Positions 29,264 to 41,218 of a stretch of 64,000 bases of DNA are shown one piece after another. Both the position numbers and the translations under genes were made by a program. Position 1 is the first letter of the stretch. Every line of letters begins with the position of its first letter. Source of the stretch: an uncultured Clostridium sp. (GTDB taxonomy: Bacteria; Bacillota; Clostridia; TANB77; CAG-508); contig CAOKRJ010000002.1 in assembly GCA_948471115.1 (NCBI GenBank), positions 4,805 to 68,804 on the forward strand, read 5' to 3'. The notes beneath the pieces are model-generated. The model did not search any database. It had not been told where the DNA came from and saw nothing but the letters and a program-made list of their open reading frames with translations.

Positions 29264-31101
29264 CAGACAAACAAGTATTGTTTTATTAGTATTAGGTGGA
29301 ATTGCAGTAATATGGATAAGTCTATTAGTTGCACCATATATAGATGGTGGATTAATCGAAATTGTAAATAATTTGCCAAAACAAATAGAAACACCATTTC
29401 AAATAGAATTTTGCAAGGATAGTTTGAGGTCTATTCTTATTTTTTTACTAATTTATCTATTAGGATTAGGTATGTATTTTTCGACTAGAAGAAATTATAG
29501 AAGAGGCAAGGAATATGGCTCAGCAGAGTGGGGCAATGCTAAGAAAATAAACAAAAAATATATGCAATTTCCAAAAAATCAAAATAAAGTATTAACACAA
29601 AATGTTATGTTAGGTTTTAATGCAAAAAAGCATAGAAGAAATTTGAATGTATTAGTTGTAGGTGGAAGTGGAGCAGGTAAAACGAGATTCTATGGAAAAC
29701 CAAATGTAATGCAATGCAATAGTTCATATGTTATATTAGACCCAAAACGGAGAAATTTTAAGGGATACAGGATACTTACTAGAAAAAGAAGGATATAAAG
29801 TAAGAGTATTAGACCTAGTCAATACAGAAAAAAGTCATTGTTATAATCCTTTTATTTATATAAGAGATGATAATGATATACAAAAGCTAGTAAGTAATCT
29901 ATTTAAGAGTACAACACCAAAAGGCAGTCAGTCAAATGATCCATTTTGGGACATAAGTGCTTCAATGCTTTTATCAGCATTATTTTATTACTTGAAATAT
30001 GAGGCTCAAGAGGAAGAACAAAATTTTTCGATGGCATCTGAAATGTTAAAGGCAGGAAAGCCAAAAGATGATGATGACTATGAAACAGCACTTGATATAT
30101 TGTTTAAAAGATTAGAGAATAGAAATCCAAATCATATAGCAGTGAAATATTATAAGGATTATCATAGTCGGAGCAGGAAGGACATTACAATCAATAAATG
30201 TTACTCTTGCATCAAAACTAGAAAAATTTAATCTTGATTCAATAGAAGGAATAACAAAAACAGATGAATTAGAGTTAGATAAGCTTGGAGAGGAAAAAAT
30301 GGCACTATTTGCAATTATTCCAGATAATAGTACAGATATGAATTTCTTAGTAAGTATATTATATACACAAATATTTCAAGTATTATATTACAAAGCAGAT
30401 TATAAATATAATGGCTCACTACCAATATCTGTACATTTCATTATGGATGAATTTGCGAATGTTGCTCTACCAAATGATTTTGAAAAGGTACTTTCTACAA
30501 TGCGTTCAAGAAATATATCAGTTTCAATTATCATACAAAATATGGCTCAACTCAAATCATTATTTGAAAAGCAATGGGAAAGCATAGTTCGGTAATTGTG
30601 ATGAGTTCTTATATCTGGGTGGGAATGAACAATCAAGCTATAAGTATGTGTCAGAACTATTAGGAAAAGAAACGATAGACACAAACACATATCGGAAAAT
30701 CAACAGGACATTCTGGAAATTACTCTACTAATTATCAAAATGCAGGTAGAGAACTATTGACGCAAGATGAAATAAGGACGTTAGATAATGATAAAGCAAT
30801 ATTGCTAATAAGAGGAGAAAAGCCAATAATAGACCAAAAGTATAACATTTTAAAACACCCCAATGTAAAAGAAACAACAGATGGAAAAGCTAAACCATAT
30901 GAACATGGAAGAATAGATAGGGCAAATGCAAGTATATTACAATTAGAACCAAACGAAATAGATATAAACAAGCTTAAAGACATAACAGAATATAAACGAG
31001 CAGAAAAAAATAATACAGAACTTTTATCTGAAGAAGATATAGAAATTTATTATTTAATGGAGGAATATGAAAATGAAAAAGAACAAGAAAATAAGAAATA
31101 A
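29253..31101 (+). CDS. Type IV coupling protein (VirD4/TraG family) (needs +1 at 29748, 30169, 30590, 30693)
   Basis: Two N-terminal TM helices and Walker A GGSGAGKT. Five frame segments join at in-frame CGGs, giving ILDPKGEIL, YHSGAGRT, SIVGNCDEFLYLGG and NTYGKSTG. Confidence 0.8.
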
Positions 31102-31393
31102 AGTAATTAGTATAGGTTTAAAGGTAGCAACAATATTTGTTGCGTTTTTTTTAATGAAAAATACAGTATTTGGAACAGATAATCCATTAACAGTTATAAA
31201 TAATTTATCAACTTTTATTTTTAGTATAGTAAAAGCAATTGGAATGATACTACTGCTTTGGGGAATCGTACAAATCGGAATGGCATTAAAGAGCCATGAC
31301 CCAGCACAAAGAGCGAGTGGATTTATGACATTAGGAGGTGCAGTAATAATAACATTCGCAAAAGAAATTCTTGATTTAATCACAGGAGGATAA
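31067..31393 (+). CDS. Maff2-family small membrane protein
   Basis: Signal/TM helix plus a C-terminal ..LLLWGIVQIGMALKSHDPAQRASGFMTLGGAVII pattern typical of Maff2. Confidence 0.6.
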   Translation: MKMKKNKKIRNKVISIGLKVATIFVAFFLMKNTVFGTDNPLTVINNLSTFIFSIVKAIGMILLLWGIVQIGMALKSHDPAQRASGFMTLGGAVIITFAKEILDLITGG

Positions 31394-31468
31394 AACAAAT
31401 TTAAAATATAAATAAACAAGGGCAAATCTTTAAGAGTTGTCTTTGTTTATCTAAAGGATGGATGAGAA

Positions 31469-32041
31469 GTGAAAAAATATAAAATTATTTATGCCGATCC
31501 ACCATGGAATTATAGGGTATGGTCAAAGAAAGGAGATGGAAGATCGGCAAGAAATCATTATGAAACAATGAATACAGAAGAAATATGCAATTTGCCAATA
31601 AAAAATATTGCAGATAAAGATAGTGTACTTTTTTTATGGGTTACATTTCCATGCCTATTGGATGGATTAAAAACGATGATAAGATGGGGATTCAAGTATA
31701 AAACATGTGGATTTACTTGGGTAAAAAAAAATAAAAAGGGCATTGGTTGGTTTTTCGGGCTTGGATATTGGACACGTGCAAATGCAGAATTATGTTTAAT
31801 AGGCACAAGGGGAAAAATAAGTAGAAAATCAAATAGGATATCACAAGTAATAGATACACCAATAGAAGAACACAGTAAAAAACCAAATATTGTAAGAGAG
31901 AAGATAGTAGAACTGATGGGAGATCTACCTAGAATCGAACTTTTTGCAAGACAAAAAGTAAATGGTTGGGATGTATGGGGAAATGAGATTGAAAGTGATA
32001 TAAATATGAGTGATTATGAAGGAGGAAAAGATGTCGGATAA
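31469..32041 (+). CDS. MT-A70-family N6-adenine DNA methyltransferase
   Basis: Contains IIYADPPWNY (DPPW catalytic motif), with a GTG start. Confidence 0.8.
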   Translation: MKKYKIIYADPPWNYRVWSKKGDGRSARNHYETMNTEEICNLPIKNIADKDSVLFLWVTFPCLLDGLKTMIRWGFKYKTCGFTWVKKNKKGIGWFFGLGYWTRANAELCLIGTRGKISRKSNRISQVIDTPIEEHSKKPNIVREKIVELMGDLPRIELFARQKVNGWDVWGNEIESDINMSDYEGGKDVG

Positions 32042-32871
32042 CTGGGTTGTAGGAAATTTACAAAATGCCTTAAATACGTGGAATGAAAAATTAAATGAAA
32101 TATGGACTCTTGTTACACAAACGCCAGAGACATTTAAAGGACGGTAGTATTTGGAATATTATTGTAAATATAAATGGAGCAGTACAAGCAATAGGACTAG
32201 CATTACTTGTTTTATTTTTTGTAGTAGGAATAGTAAAAACATGCTCTAGTTTTGCAGAGGTAAAAAGACCTGAACAGGTTTTGAAATTATTTATAAGGTT
32301 TATATTGACTAAGACAGCCATAACATACGGATTAGAGTTAATGTTAGCGATATTTAAAATAACGCAAGGTGTAGTTCAGACAATAATGCAGACAGCAGGA
32401 ATAGGAGGAGCAACACAAAGTGAATTGCCACAAGAAATGATAATAGCAATAGAAAGTTGTCGGATTTATTGAGAGCATACCTCTATGGGCAGTAGCATTT
32501 ATACGGAAGTTTCTTAGTAAACGTATTAGCTTATGTTATGATACTTTCGGTTTATGGTAGATTTTTCAAAATATATTTATATACTGCAATAGCACCTATT
32601 CCGTTAAGTACATTTGGAGGAGAGCCAACAGGACATATTGGTAGAAGTTTTATAAAAGGATTTTGTGCAGTATGTCTTGAAGGAGCAATAATAATGCTTG
32701 CTTGTATTATATTTTCACAATTTGCAAGTTCTCCACCAGTTGTAGATGCAAATGCACAAGCAGTAAATCAAGTATGGAGTTATCTAGGAGAATTAGTATT
32801 CAATATGTTAGTGCTAGTTCGGAACAGTAAAAATGAGTGATAAAGTAGTTCATGAAATGATGGGATTATAG
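32031..32871 (+). CDS. VirB6/TrbL-like polytopic membrane protein (needs +1 at 32142, 32461, 32504, 32820)
   Basis: ATG 32031 overlaps the MT-A70 stop. Multiple TM helices are present. Five frame segments link at in-frame CGGs, and the product ends HEMMGL* at 32871. Confidence 0.7.
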
Positions 32872-32890
32872 AGAGGAGCAGATAAAATCT

Positions 32891-33742
32891 ATGTTAGTAA
32901 AAAATGAAATGGAAAAAGTATGGTTAATTGAAGACAATAAGTTGAAATGTACAAATAAGATTGTATCAAAATTAAATTATTTTGGAAAAGAAGTAGCCAT
33001 ACTGAAAACAAAAGCAAATTGGGACGGACAAGAAATGTTATTTAAAGATAAAAAAGAAAATTGCTATTGGGAATTAGGAATAGCACCAATACGTTTCAGT
33101 ATGTTTTTAAGAAATGTACTAGACAATAATGAAAAGGATAATTCCTGTAATGAAATGCTAGATATTTTTAATGAAGAAAATATAATAAGGCTTTTCAAAA
33201 AAAGTATAGATAAAAAGTCATATTTTAATACGTGTCAATTAAAATTTATAAATAAACATTGTGATATGGATATGTTTGAAAGAGCAAAAGAAAGCAGAGA
33301 AGACTTTTTATATAATAAAAAGCAAGAAGATGAAATCTGGAAAGAAGAACAGCAAAGGAAAGCTGAAGAGAAAATAAAACAAGTTAATAATAAATTTTAT
33401 GAACAAGTAAAAGGAATAAAAAACAGAATACAATTAAGAGAAATCGTTAAGTCAGAAAAGCTAAAATTTTATAAAGATAACAAATATGAAAATGGTATTA
33501 CAGAACAAAACTGTTTTTTGTATTTAGCAAAGCAATATGGAATCAATATACCACTTGCAACACAAGGATTTATAAACAATAAATTAGTAGATTATAATTT
33601 TGGAACTGGACAATATAGATTTCTAGTAATAAATGGAAACAAAAAAGGTAGTGAAGAAATACACAAATATTTTAAACAGATATATCAAAAGGTTGTAGAA
33701 GAAACAAAAGAATATAAAGAGCAAAAACAAGCAAAGAATTAG
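32891..33742 (+). CDS. Hypothetical protein
   Basis: A 283-aa ORF with an RBS. No family recognised. Confidence 0.5.
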   Translation: MLVKNEMEKVWLIEDNKLKCTNKIVSKLNYFGKEVAILKTKANWDGQEMLFKDKKENCYWELGIAPIRFSMFLRNVLDNNEKDNSCNEMLDIFNEENIIRLFKKSIDKKSYFNTCQLKFINKHCDMDMFERAKESREDFLYNKKQEDEIWKEEQQRKAEEKIKQVNNKFYEQVKGIKNRIQLREIVKSEKLKFYKDNKYENGITEQNCFLYLAKQYGINIPLATQGFINNKLVDYNFGTGQYRFLVINGNKKGSEEIHKYFKQIYQKVVEETKEYKEQKQAKN

Positions 33743-33764
33743 TTATTAGGTAGGAGGAAATGGA

Positions 33765-34250
33765 GTGGAAATTAAGATAAACAAGGAGATAAGGGACTAT
33801 AAAGAAAAAGTATTTTTTGGACTATCTATGAGGCAATGTATATTTTCTGCTTTAGCTTGTGGAGTAGCAGTATTGATATATTTTTTATTAAGAAATCATT
33901 TGGGTTTAGAAACATTATCTTGGCTATGTATATTAAGTGCTATTCCATTTGGGTTTTTAGGCTTTGTAAGGTATAACGGAATGAATGCAGAACAATTTAT
34001 AATTACTTGGGTTAAGTCAGAAATTCTAATGCCAAAAGTTTTATATTTTAAACCAGAAAATATGTATAATGAATTATTAGAACAGGAATATAGAAGGAAA
34101 AAGAAGGAGGAAAAGCAACATGAGATTTTTAATGGGATTTTTAAAATTAAATCAAGACAAGGAAAAAATGAAAATACCCAAAAGTGTTCAAAAGGCAATA
34201 CCAATCAAGAGGATATACGAAAATGGAACATTTCAAGTTGGGAGAAATAA
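33765..34250 (+). CDS. PrgI-family (VirB3-like) membrane protein
   Basis: KEKVFFGLSMRQCIFSALACGVAVLIYF plus a second TM helix. The 3' 131 nt overlap the VirB4 ORF. Confidence 0.6.
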   Translation: MEIKINKEIRDYKEKVFFGLSMRQCIFSALACGVAVLIYFLLRNHLGLETLSWLCILSAIPFGFLGFVRYNGMNAEQFIITWVKSEILMPKVLYFKPENMYNELLEQEYRRKKKEEKQHEIFNGIFKIKSRQGKNENTQKCSKGNTNQEDIRKWNISSWEK

Positions 34251-36469
34251 CTACTCAAAAAGTTATAGATTTACAGATATAAATTATATTGTAGCAGATA
34301 AGGAAGAACAAGAGATGATTGCAATAGATTATGGAAGTATATTAAATTTATTAGACTATTCATTATTACCTAAAATAACTATTGTAAATAGGAAGTTAAA
34401 TGGTATTGATTTTGAAAACAAAATAAAAATGCAGTTAGGAAATGATAATCTAACGAAGTATAGAAAAGAGTTCAATAATATGTTATTACAAAATACAATG
34501 GAGGCACAGGGAATAATACAAGAAAAGATAATGACTATTACAGTAAACAAGAGAAAAGTAGAAGATGCAGAAATGTGTTTAAATAGAACAAGTGCAGAAT
34601 TAAGTAATGGCTTTTCAAAATTAGGCTCTAAGATTACAGAGCTGGATATAAATGAAAGACTAAGGGTATTTCATGATTTCTTCAGAACAGGAGAAGAAGA
34701 TTTATACAACTTTGATATTAAAAAAACAATGCAAAAAGGACATAGTTTTAAGGATTATATTTGTCCAGACATATTTGAATTTAAAACAGACTTCTTTAAA
34801 ATGGGTAATAGGTATGGGAGAGTACTATTTATAAAGGAATTTGCAAACTTTTTAAATGATGATATAATATCAGAACTAACAGACCTAAATAAGAATATGA
34901 TGCTAAGTATTGACATGAAAGCAGTTCCAATAGAGGAAGCAATAAAACTTGCAAATGATAAAATAATGGCAGTGGAAACAGATATAGCAAGGTGGCAGAA
35001 AAGCCAAAATGAAAATGGAAATTTTTCTGCAGAGATACCATTTGAGTTACAAAAACAAAGAGAAGAAAGTAAAGAATTTTTAGAGGACTTGATGACACGA
35101 GATCAAAAGATGTTTCTAGCAACAATAACAATAGTTCATACAGCAAATACTAAAGAAGAATTAGATAATGATACGGAAAACCTAAAAGCAATCGCAGGTA
35201 AACGCATGTGTCAGTTAGGAATATTCAATTATCAGCAATTAGACGGACTTAATACTGTATTGCCATATGGAATAAATCAAATAAAGTTAAATAGAACACT
35301 AACAACAGAAAGTTTGTCATCATTTATGCCTTTTAAAGTTCAAGAGGTTCAAGATACAAATGGGATATTCTATGGAAAAAATATCATTTCTAAAAATATG
35401 ATATTAATAGATAGACATGAGTTACTAAACGGTAACTCATTTATCTTGGGCGTAAGTCGGAAGTGGAAAAAGTTTTACAGCAAAGCAAGAGATTACGGAA
35501 ATAGCGTTGCAGGATAAGGATGCAGATATTATAGTAATAGATCCAGAGGCAGAATATAGAGCGTTGATAAAAAATCTTGGAGGAGAAGTAATTAAAATAT
35601 CTGCAAATAGTAATAATCATATTAATGCATTAGATATAAATAAGGATTATGGAGAGGGAAAGAGTCCATTAAATGATAAAGCGGAATTTGTACTTTCACT
35701 ATGTGAACAAATCATGGGAACGGATAATGGAATAGGAAAAGATAAATCACTAATTGATAGATGTGTAAAAATTGTATATCAAGATTACGAAAATAGAAAA
35801 TATCAAGGAACACCACCAACACTGGAAGATTTTAGAAAAGTATTACTAAGACAACCAGAAAGAGAGGCAAAAGACATAGCATTATCGATAGAATTGTTTA
35901 CTAAAGGAAGTCTTAATACATTTGCGAAACAGACTAATGTACAAGTAAACAATAGAATAATATGCTATGATATAATAGACCTAGGAGGACAACTAATGCC
36001 AATAGGAATGTTGGTGATTTTAGATAGCATATTAAACAGAATTTCAAAAAATAGAATACAAGGAAAAACAACATATATCTTCATAGATGAAATTTATCTA
36101 TTATTCAAACATTCATATACATCATTCTTTATAGAAAAATTATGGAGAAGGATAAGAAAATACGGAGGTTTTGCAACAGGGATAACACAAAACATTGCAG
36201 ATATATTGAAAAATCAAAAAGCAACAACAATGTTATCTAATAGTGAACTTGTAATAATGTTGAATCAGTCAGCAACAGATAGGAAAAAACTAGCAGAACT
36301 ATTGCAAATATCAGAAAAAGAACTAAGTTTTATTACTAACTCAGGAACAGGTCAAGGATTAATAAAAGTAAGTAATGCAATAATACCGTTTAAAAATATA
36401 TTTCCCAAAAATACAGAGTTATACAAATTAATGACAACCAAGCCCAAAGAGTTCGAGGTGCAGGAATGA
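34120..36469 (+). CDS. VirB4-family conjugation ATPase (needs +1 at 35458)
   Basis: SD AAGGAGG precedes ATG 34120. Skipping C35458 gives Walker A GVSGSGKSFTAK and joins 35507-36469 (Walker B YIFIDEIY). Confidence 0.85.
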
Positions 36470-37207
36470 AAAAAGTCATGTATAAAATAACAATAATACT
36501 ACTAATAGGCATAATGCTTATTAGTAGTTACTTTGTTTTTAGAGATTGTAAAGAAGATAAAAAACAAGAGAAAATATTTGAAGAATTGATAGTTATTGCA
36601 AACAATGAAGGCAACGAAAAAGAACAAATACAAGAAGATGAAATTAATCTTGAAGAACTGTATAAAATCAATAGTGATGTTGTTGGGTGGATAAGGATAA
36701 AAAATACAAATATGAATTATCCCATAATGCAATCAAAATATAGTCCTAATTATTATCTGACTAGGAATTTTTATAAAAATTATTCAAGTAATGGAACACC
36801 ATATATGGCAGAAAATTGTGATATAGAAAAAAGCGACAACTTAATAATATATGGTCATAATATAAATGGAAAGAGAGTTTTTGGAGAACTAGAAAATTAT
36901 AAAAAGGAAAAGTATTACAATGAGCATAGTATAATACAATTTCATACTTTAAAAGAGTATGCAGAATATGAAATAATTGCAGTATTCAAAACAGTAGCAT
37001 ATAGTTCAAAAGGTTTTGATTACTACAATTATTATAATTTAAAAGATGAAAAAGAGTTTAATATATTTGTAAATAAATGTATGGAACTCTCTTTTTATAA
37101 TACAGGAAAAAAAGCACAATATGGAGATAGGTTGATTACATTATCTACTTGTGAATACTCAAACAAAAATCGGAAGATTAGTAGTTGTAGCAAAAAAAGT
37201 AATCTAG
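36466..37207 (+). CDS. Sortase (SrtB-like) (needs +1 at 37171)
   Basis: NLIIYGHNI and the LITLSTCEY catalytic Cys are present. The shift at 37171 gives the end ..KNGRLVVVAKKVI* at 37207 instead of a nonsense tail. Confidence 0.75.
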
Positions 37208-37221
37208 GAGGTGTGAAGTAA

Positions 37222-38328
37222 TTGACAGAAATACAAAGAAGAATAAAACAAAAGGAAGATGCAAAAATACCTATAAAAAAATTAGATAGAAAAGCATTAT
37301 ATAAACAAAAATTAAAAAATAATATAGGAAAAACAAAAGAAAATGTAGATGAGAAAGAAAATAATAATCCAAATGAATATAGCATAAATAAAATAATAGA
37401 AACAGAAAAAGGGATATACCATAGAGGAATTGTAGATTTAGAAAAATATGCAAAAAAAGCAGTAAAAGAAACGAAACAAAATGCAAATTATACAGTACAA
37501 AAAATAAAACAAAAGAAATCAAATAAAACAATAAAGAGAAAGGCAAAAGAAACAACAAAAAGATTAAAACAGGGCAGAAAAACAATAAAAACATCAAAAA
37601 GAACAGGAAAATTTGCATACAAAACAACAAAACAAACTGAAAAAATAGCAATAAAAACGAGCAAAAAAGCATATCAAGGTGCTAAAGAAGGAACAAAGGC
37701 AACAATTAAAGGAATAAAAATAGGAGTAAAAGCAACCATAAAAGCTGTAAAAACAACAGTGGTAACTGCAAAATCAATGTTGTCGCTATTTTTAGCAGGA
37801 GGGTGGATAGCTTTCGTTGTAATTTTAGTATTATGCATTGTAGGAATGGCTTGTGCAATGATGTTTGGAGAAAGCACAGAACAAAACAGTAGTATTGTTG
37901 CAGTAGCTATGGGGCAAGTTGGAAATGTTGGAGGAGAAAAGTTTTGGAAGTGGTATGGATTTAACGAGCATGTAGAATGGTGTGCAATTTTTGTAAGTTG
38001 GTGTGCTAATGAGTGTGGATATATAGAAAGTGGAACTATACCTAAATTTTCTAGTTGTAAATATGAAGGAGTGCCTTTTTTTAAGGAAAAAGGATTATGG
38101 AAAGATAGAGGATATATCGCAAAATCTGGAGATATTATATTTTTCGACTGGGAGCAAGATGGACTTGCCGATCATGTTGGCATTGTACAAAAAACGGAAA
38201 ATGATATAGTTTATACAATAGAAGGAAATTCTAGTGGGGATACTTGTAGACAGAAAGAATATAATATTAATAGTAATGTCATTTATGGTTATGGAACACC
38301 ATTATATTTGACTGAGAGGAGAGTATAG
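37222..38328 (+). CDS. Membrane-anchored CHAP/NlpC-P60 peptidoglycan hydrolase
   Basis: Lys-rich N-terminus and a TM helix. The CHAP motifs are EWCAIFVSWC and GDIIFFDWEQDGLADHVGIV. Confidence 0.75.
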   Translation: MTEIQRRIKQKEDAKIPIKKLDRKALYKQKLKNNIGKTKENVDEKENNNPNEYSINKIIETEKGIYHRGIVDLEKYAKKAVKETKQNANYTVQKIKQKKSNKTIKRKAKETTKRLKQGRKTIKTSKRTGKFAYKTTKQTEKIAIKTSKKAYQGAKEGTKATIKGIKIGVKATIKAVKTTVVTAKSMLSLFLAGGWIAFVVILVLCIVGMACAMMFGESTEQNSSIVAVAMGQVGNVGGEKFWKWYGFNEHVEWCAIFVSWCANECGYIESGTIPKFSSCKYEGVPFFKEKGLWKDRGYIAKSGDIIFFDWEQDGLADHVGIVQKTENDIVYTIEGNSSGDTCRQKEYNINSNVIYGYGTPLYLTERRV

Positions 38329-38333
38329 AAAAA

Positions 38334-38358
38334 GGTACTAACTGAGATAGTTAGTACC
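38334..38358. terminator. Bidirectional terminator hairpin
   Basis: GGTACTAACT-gaga-TAGTTAGTACC lies between convergent genes. Confidence 0.6.
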
Positions 38359-38366
38359 AAAATTTT

Positions 38367-38642
38367 TTATTTATTTACAGCGTCTTTTAACACTTTACCT
38401 GCTTTGAACACAGGAACAGTAGATGCTGGTATTCTTAATTCTTCGCCAGTTCTAGGATTCTTACCCTTTCTATCAGATCGTTTTCTTGTTTCAAAAGAGC
38501 CAAATCCAACAAGTTGAATTTTACCTTTATTTTTTAATTCCTCAGAAATTATTTCAATTAAAGTATCTAAATTTTCTTCAGCAGATTTTTTTGAAGAACC
38601 TACTTTTTGAGCAATACTTGCTACTAATTCACTTTTATTCAT
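38367..38642 (-). CDS. hup: HU-family DNA-binding protein
   Basis: MNKSELVASIAQK...FGSFETRKRSDRKGKNPRTGEELRIPASTVPVFKAGK is canonical HU. SD AAGGGGG is present. Confidence 0.9.
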   Translation of the reverse strand: MNKSELVASIAQKVGSSKKSAEENLDTLIEIISEELKNKGKIQLVGFGSFETRKRSDRKGKNPRTGEELRIPASTVPVFKAGKVLKDAVNK

Positions 38643-38758
38643 TATGATATAACCCCCTTTCACAAATATATTGTAAATAATTTATCAAAGTTATTTAATA
38701 ATGTCAAGGAGTGTCGAAAAATTAAATATATTAGCAAATGTATAAGAAAATAGAAAAT

Positions 38759-38780
38759 GAGGAACGATTTATCGTTCCTC
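38759..38780 (-). terminator. Terminator of the 38841-39308 gene
   Basis: GAGGAACGA-ttta-TCGTTCCTC, with a T-run on the minus strand. Confidence 0.55.
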
Positions 38781-38840
38781 AAAATAATAGCTGTGGATGG
38801 GTTTATAGTTTCAATTAGTTTTGCTCTGTCTTATTTCACA

Positions 38841-39308
38841 TTATCCATAAATGTGAATGGTTACTTTCATATTCTGATGAAGATTAGAAAAAGTAAAAAG
38901 AACAGAATTGTTTCCATAGTGAGTTATACCGTCCACGAAGTAATACGTACCATTTGTGCTAATGAGATTATTTTTTTTGCTATCAATAAATGTAGCATTC
39001 TTGCTACCACCGTACGCAGTTGCAGTCACTCTGATAGGTTCCGTTACTGAACATTCAGTCACAATAGTTATGCCAACTCCACCAGAACCATCACTATTTA
39101 AAGGTACTGAAACCTTTGGATTCTGAGGAGTAACAGTTCCACTGTAATAACCCGATATGCTTGAATATGGAACAATTCCATCATCCTCAGAAGTAACTGT
39201 AACTTCAGGGATAACTCCATTTGTATCGGGTTCTGCAGCGAAAACCTCAAGAGGCATAGCAGTCATAAGTGATGCTGTAAGAAGGAACGCAAATAATTTC
39301 TTTAACAT
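38841..39308 (-). CDS. Hypothetical secreted protein
   Basis: Signal peptide is MLKKLFAFLLTASLMTAMPLEVFA. 155 aa. Confidence 0.6.
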   Translation of the reverse strand: MLKKLFAFLLTASLMTAMPLEVFAAEPDTNGVIPEVTVTSEDDGIVPYSSISGYYSGTVTPQNPKVSVPLNSDGSGGVGITIVTECSVTEPIRVTATAYGGSKNATFIDSKKNNLISTNGTYYFVDGITHYGNNSVLFTFSNLHQNMKVTIHIYG

Positions 39309-39478
39309 AATAAATTCTCCTTTATTGGTGGCTCCACAGCTATTATATAGAAAAGAAACAAGAAGTTTCTAATCTACCTAAACAAACAATTATTATTGCT
39401 TAATTTCTCATATAAATAATAACACAAATAATAAATAACAACATAAAAAGACACATTTAGACACAAATTTTATTTTTT

Positions 39479-39507
39479 TGTAACTTTTTGTAGAGTTAGA
39501 TGTCTAT
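39479..39507 (+). promoter_or_regulatory. ECF-sigma-type promoter upstream of the glycosyltransferase gene
   Basis: TGTAAC-N17-GTCTAT(ATATATGAG) is nearly identical to the element at 41219-41247. Confidence 0.5.
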
Positions 39508-39582
39508 ATATATGAGAAAAAATTGTAAATTGTCAAATTATAGCAAATAAAAAATAATAATCTGTGGGAGGATAAATAGAGA

Positions 39583-41130
39583 ATGAAAGATAATAAAAAG
39601 AAGTATTTAGATAAGAAAAAAATAATATTTATAATACTAATAAATATAGGAATTATAATAAGAATTGTTAATTTTCCAAATGCAATTTCAGAAATAAATG
39701 GTGATGAAATAATGACAATTATAAATGCCAAAGACATAGCAGATACTGGTAAAGATGCAAATGGAATATCATTTCCTGTCTATTTGCAAGGATGGGGAGG
39801 ACAAAGTGTGATGCTATTATATTTAATGGCATTAATTTTTAAGATTTTTAACTATTCATTATTTACAGCAAGATTACCTATGTTAATTGTTAGTATAATA
39901 TCACTATTTGTGTTTTACGATTTTACGAAGAAAATTACAAAGAATGAAAAAATTGCTCTAATTGGACTAGCTGTACTTGTAATTTCTCCTTGGCATATAT
40001 TACAGTCTATTTGGGCATTAGACTGTAATATGTTTCCACATTTTTTATTAATAGCAATGGATTTACTATATACAGGAATTACAAAAAGTAATAATAAACT
40101 AATATATATTTCAATGATATTTTATGCAATAACATTATATTGTTATGGAGTGGCAATATATTTTGTACCATTATTCCTATTAATATTTTGCATTTATTTA
40201 GTTAAGAATAAAATTATAAATTATAAAAATGCAATAATTTGCATTATTTTATTTTTAGTATTTGCAATGCCTATAATACTAATGTTTGCAATAAATGCTT
40301 TACATATAAATACACAAATAAAAATTTTCAATATAACTATTCCATATTATCCTAATTTATCAAGAACTCAAGATATGTTATTTTTTTCTGATAACAAACT
40401 ATCTCAGTTATTTAATAACATAATTGCAACAATAGGAGTAATGTTTATACAATCAGATGGAGAAGAATGGAATTCATCAGCTATATTTGGAACTACATAT
40501 CATATAACGATTGTATTTATAATAGTAATTATTATAAGTATTATTAAAACTATAGCAAAAGAAAAGAAGAAAATAAATATAGAATTATTTTTAGTGCTTA
40601 TATGGTTGAGTATAAGTATATTAACAGGATTTATTATAAACAACACTAATATAAACAGATTGAATTCAGTATGGTATATATTATTGATTTTATCAGCAAA
40701 GGGAATATATATAATTTATGAATATATTAAATATAAAAAAGCATATATAGTCATAACTATTAGTATTTATGTGATACTATTTATAAGTTATAATATATAT
40801 TTCTATTCATATTATTCTAATGTAATTGATAAATCAGTCTGTTTTTCAAAAGGATTTTACCAAGCATTAAGTTATGTGAAAAATACAGATAAAAAAGAAG
40901 TGTTTTATGATAATATAATGGATGATGGTAATCTAAGATTATATTTAGATTTTAATCATGATGATAATAAAATATATACAGAAATTAAAAATGATAATAA
41001 ATTAAAAGAAAAAATAGATAATTTAAATGATGATGAAGCAATTATTATATATGTAAAATTTGAAGATTATCATACAGAATTAAATAGCTATAGAATAGGA
41101 GATTATAAAATAATATATAATGACAATTAG
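39583..41130 (+). CDS. Polytopic membrane glycosyltransferase (GT39/ArnT/PMT-like)
   Basis: More than 10 predicted TM helices. The N-terminal ..FPN..SEINGDE.. loop pattern resembles ArnT/PMT-type enzymes. This is a moderate call. Confidence 0.55.
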   Translation: MKDNKKKYLDKKKIIFIILINIGIIIRIVNFPNAISEINGDEIMTIINAKDIADTGKDANGISFPVYLQGWGGQSVMLLYLMALIFKIFNYSLFTARLPMLIVSIISLFVFYDFTKKITKNEKIALIGLAVLVISPWHILQSIWALDCNMFPHFLLIAMDLLYTGITKSNNKLIYISMIFYAITLYCYGVAIYFVPLFLLIFCIYLVKNKIINYKNAIICIILFLVFAMPIILMFAINALHINTQIKIFNITIPYYPNLSRTQDMLFFSDNKLSQLFNNIIATIGVMFIQSDGEEWNSSAIFGTTYHITIVFIIVIIISIIKTIAKEKKKINIELFLVLIWLSISILTGFIINNTNINRLNSVWYILLILSAKGIYIIYEYIKYKKAYIVITISIYVILFISYNIYFYSYYSNVIDKSVCFSKGFYQALSYVKNTDKKEVFYDNIMDDGNLRLYLDFNHDDNKIYTEIKNDNKLKEKIDNLNDDEAIIIYVKFEDYHTELNSYRIGDYKIIYNDN

Positions 41131-41218
41131 TAAATGCCTATGCAAAAATTAGACTATGTTATAATTATACAATAATTAAAGTAAAAAATACAAAAAAAAC
41201 AATTTTATTTAAAATTTT

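Noticed and set aside
38757-39372. Plus-strand ORFs 38757-39050 and 39157-39372.
   Set aside because: They are shadows of the minus-strand secreted-protein gene (38841-39308), which has a clear signal peptide and terminator.
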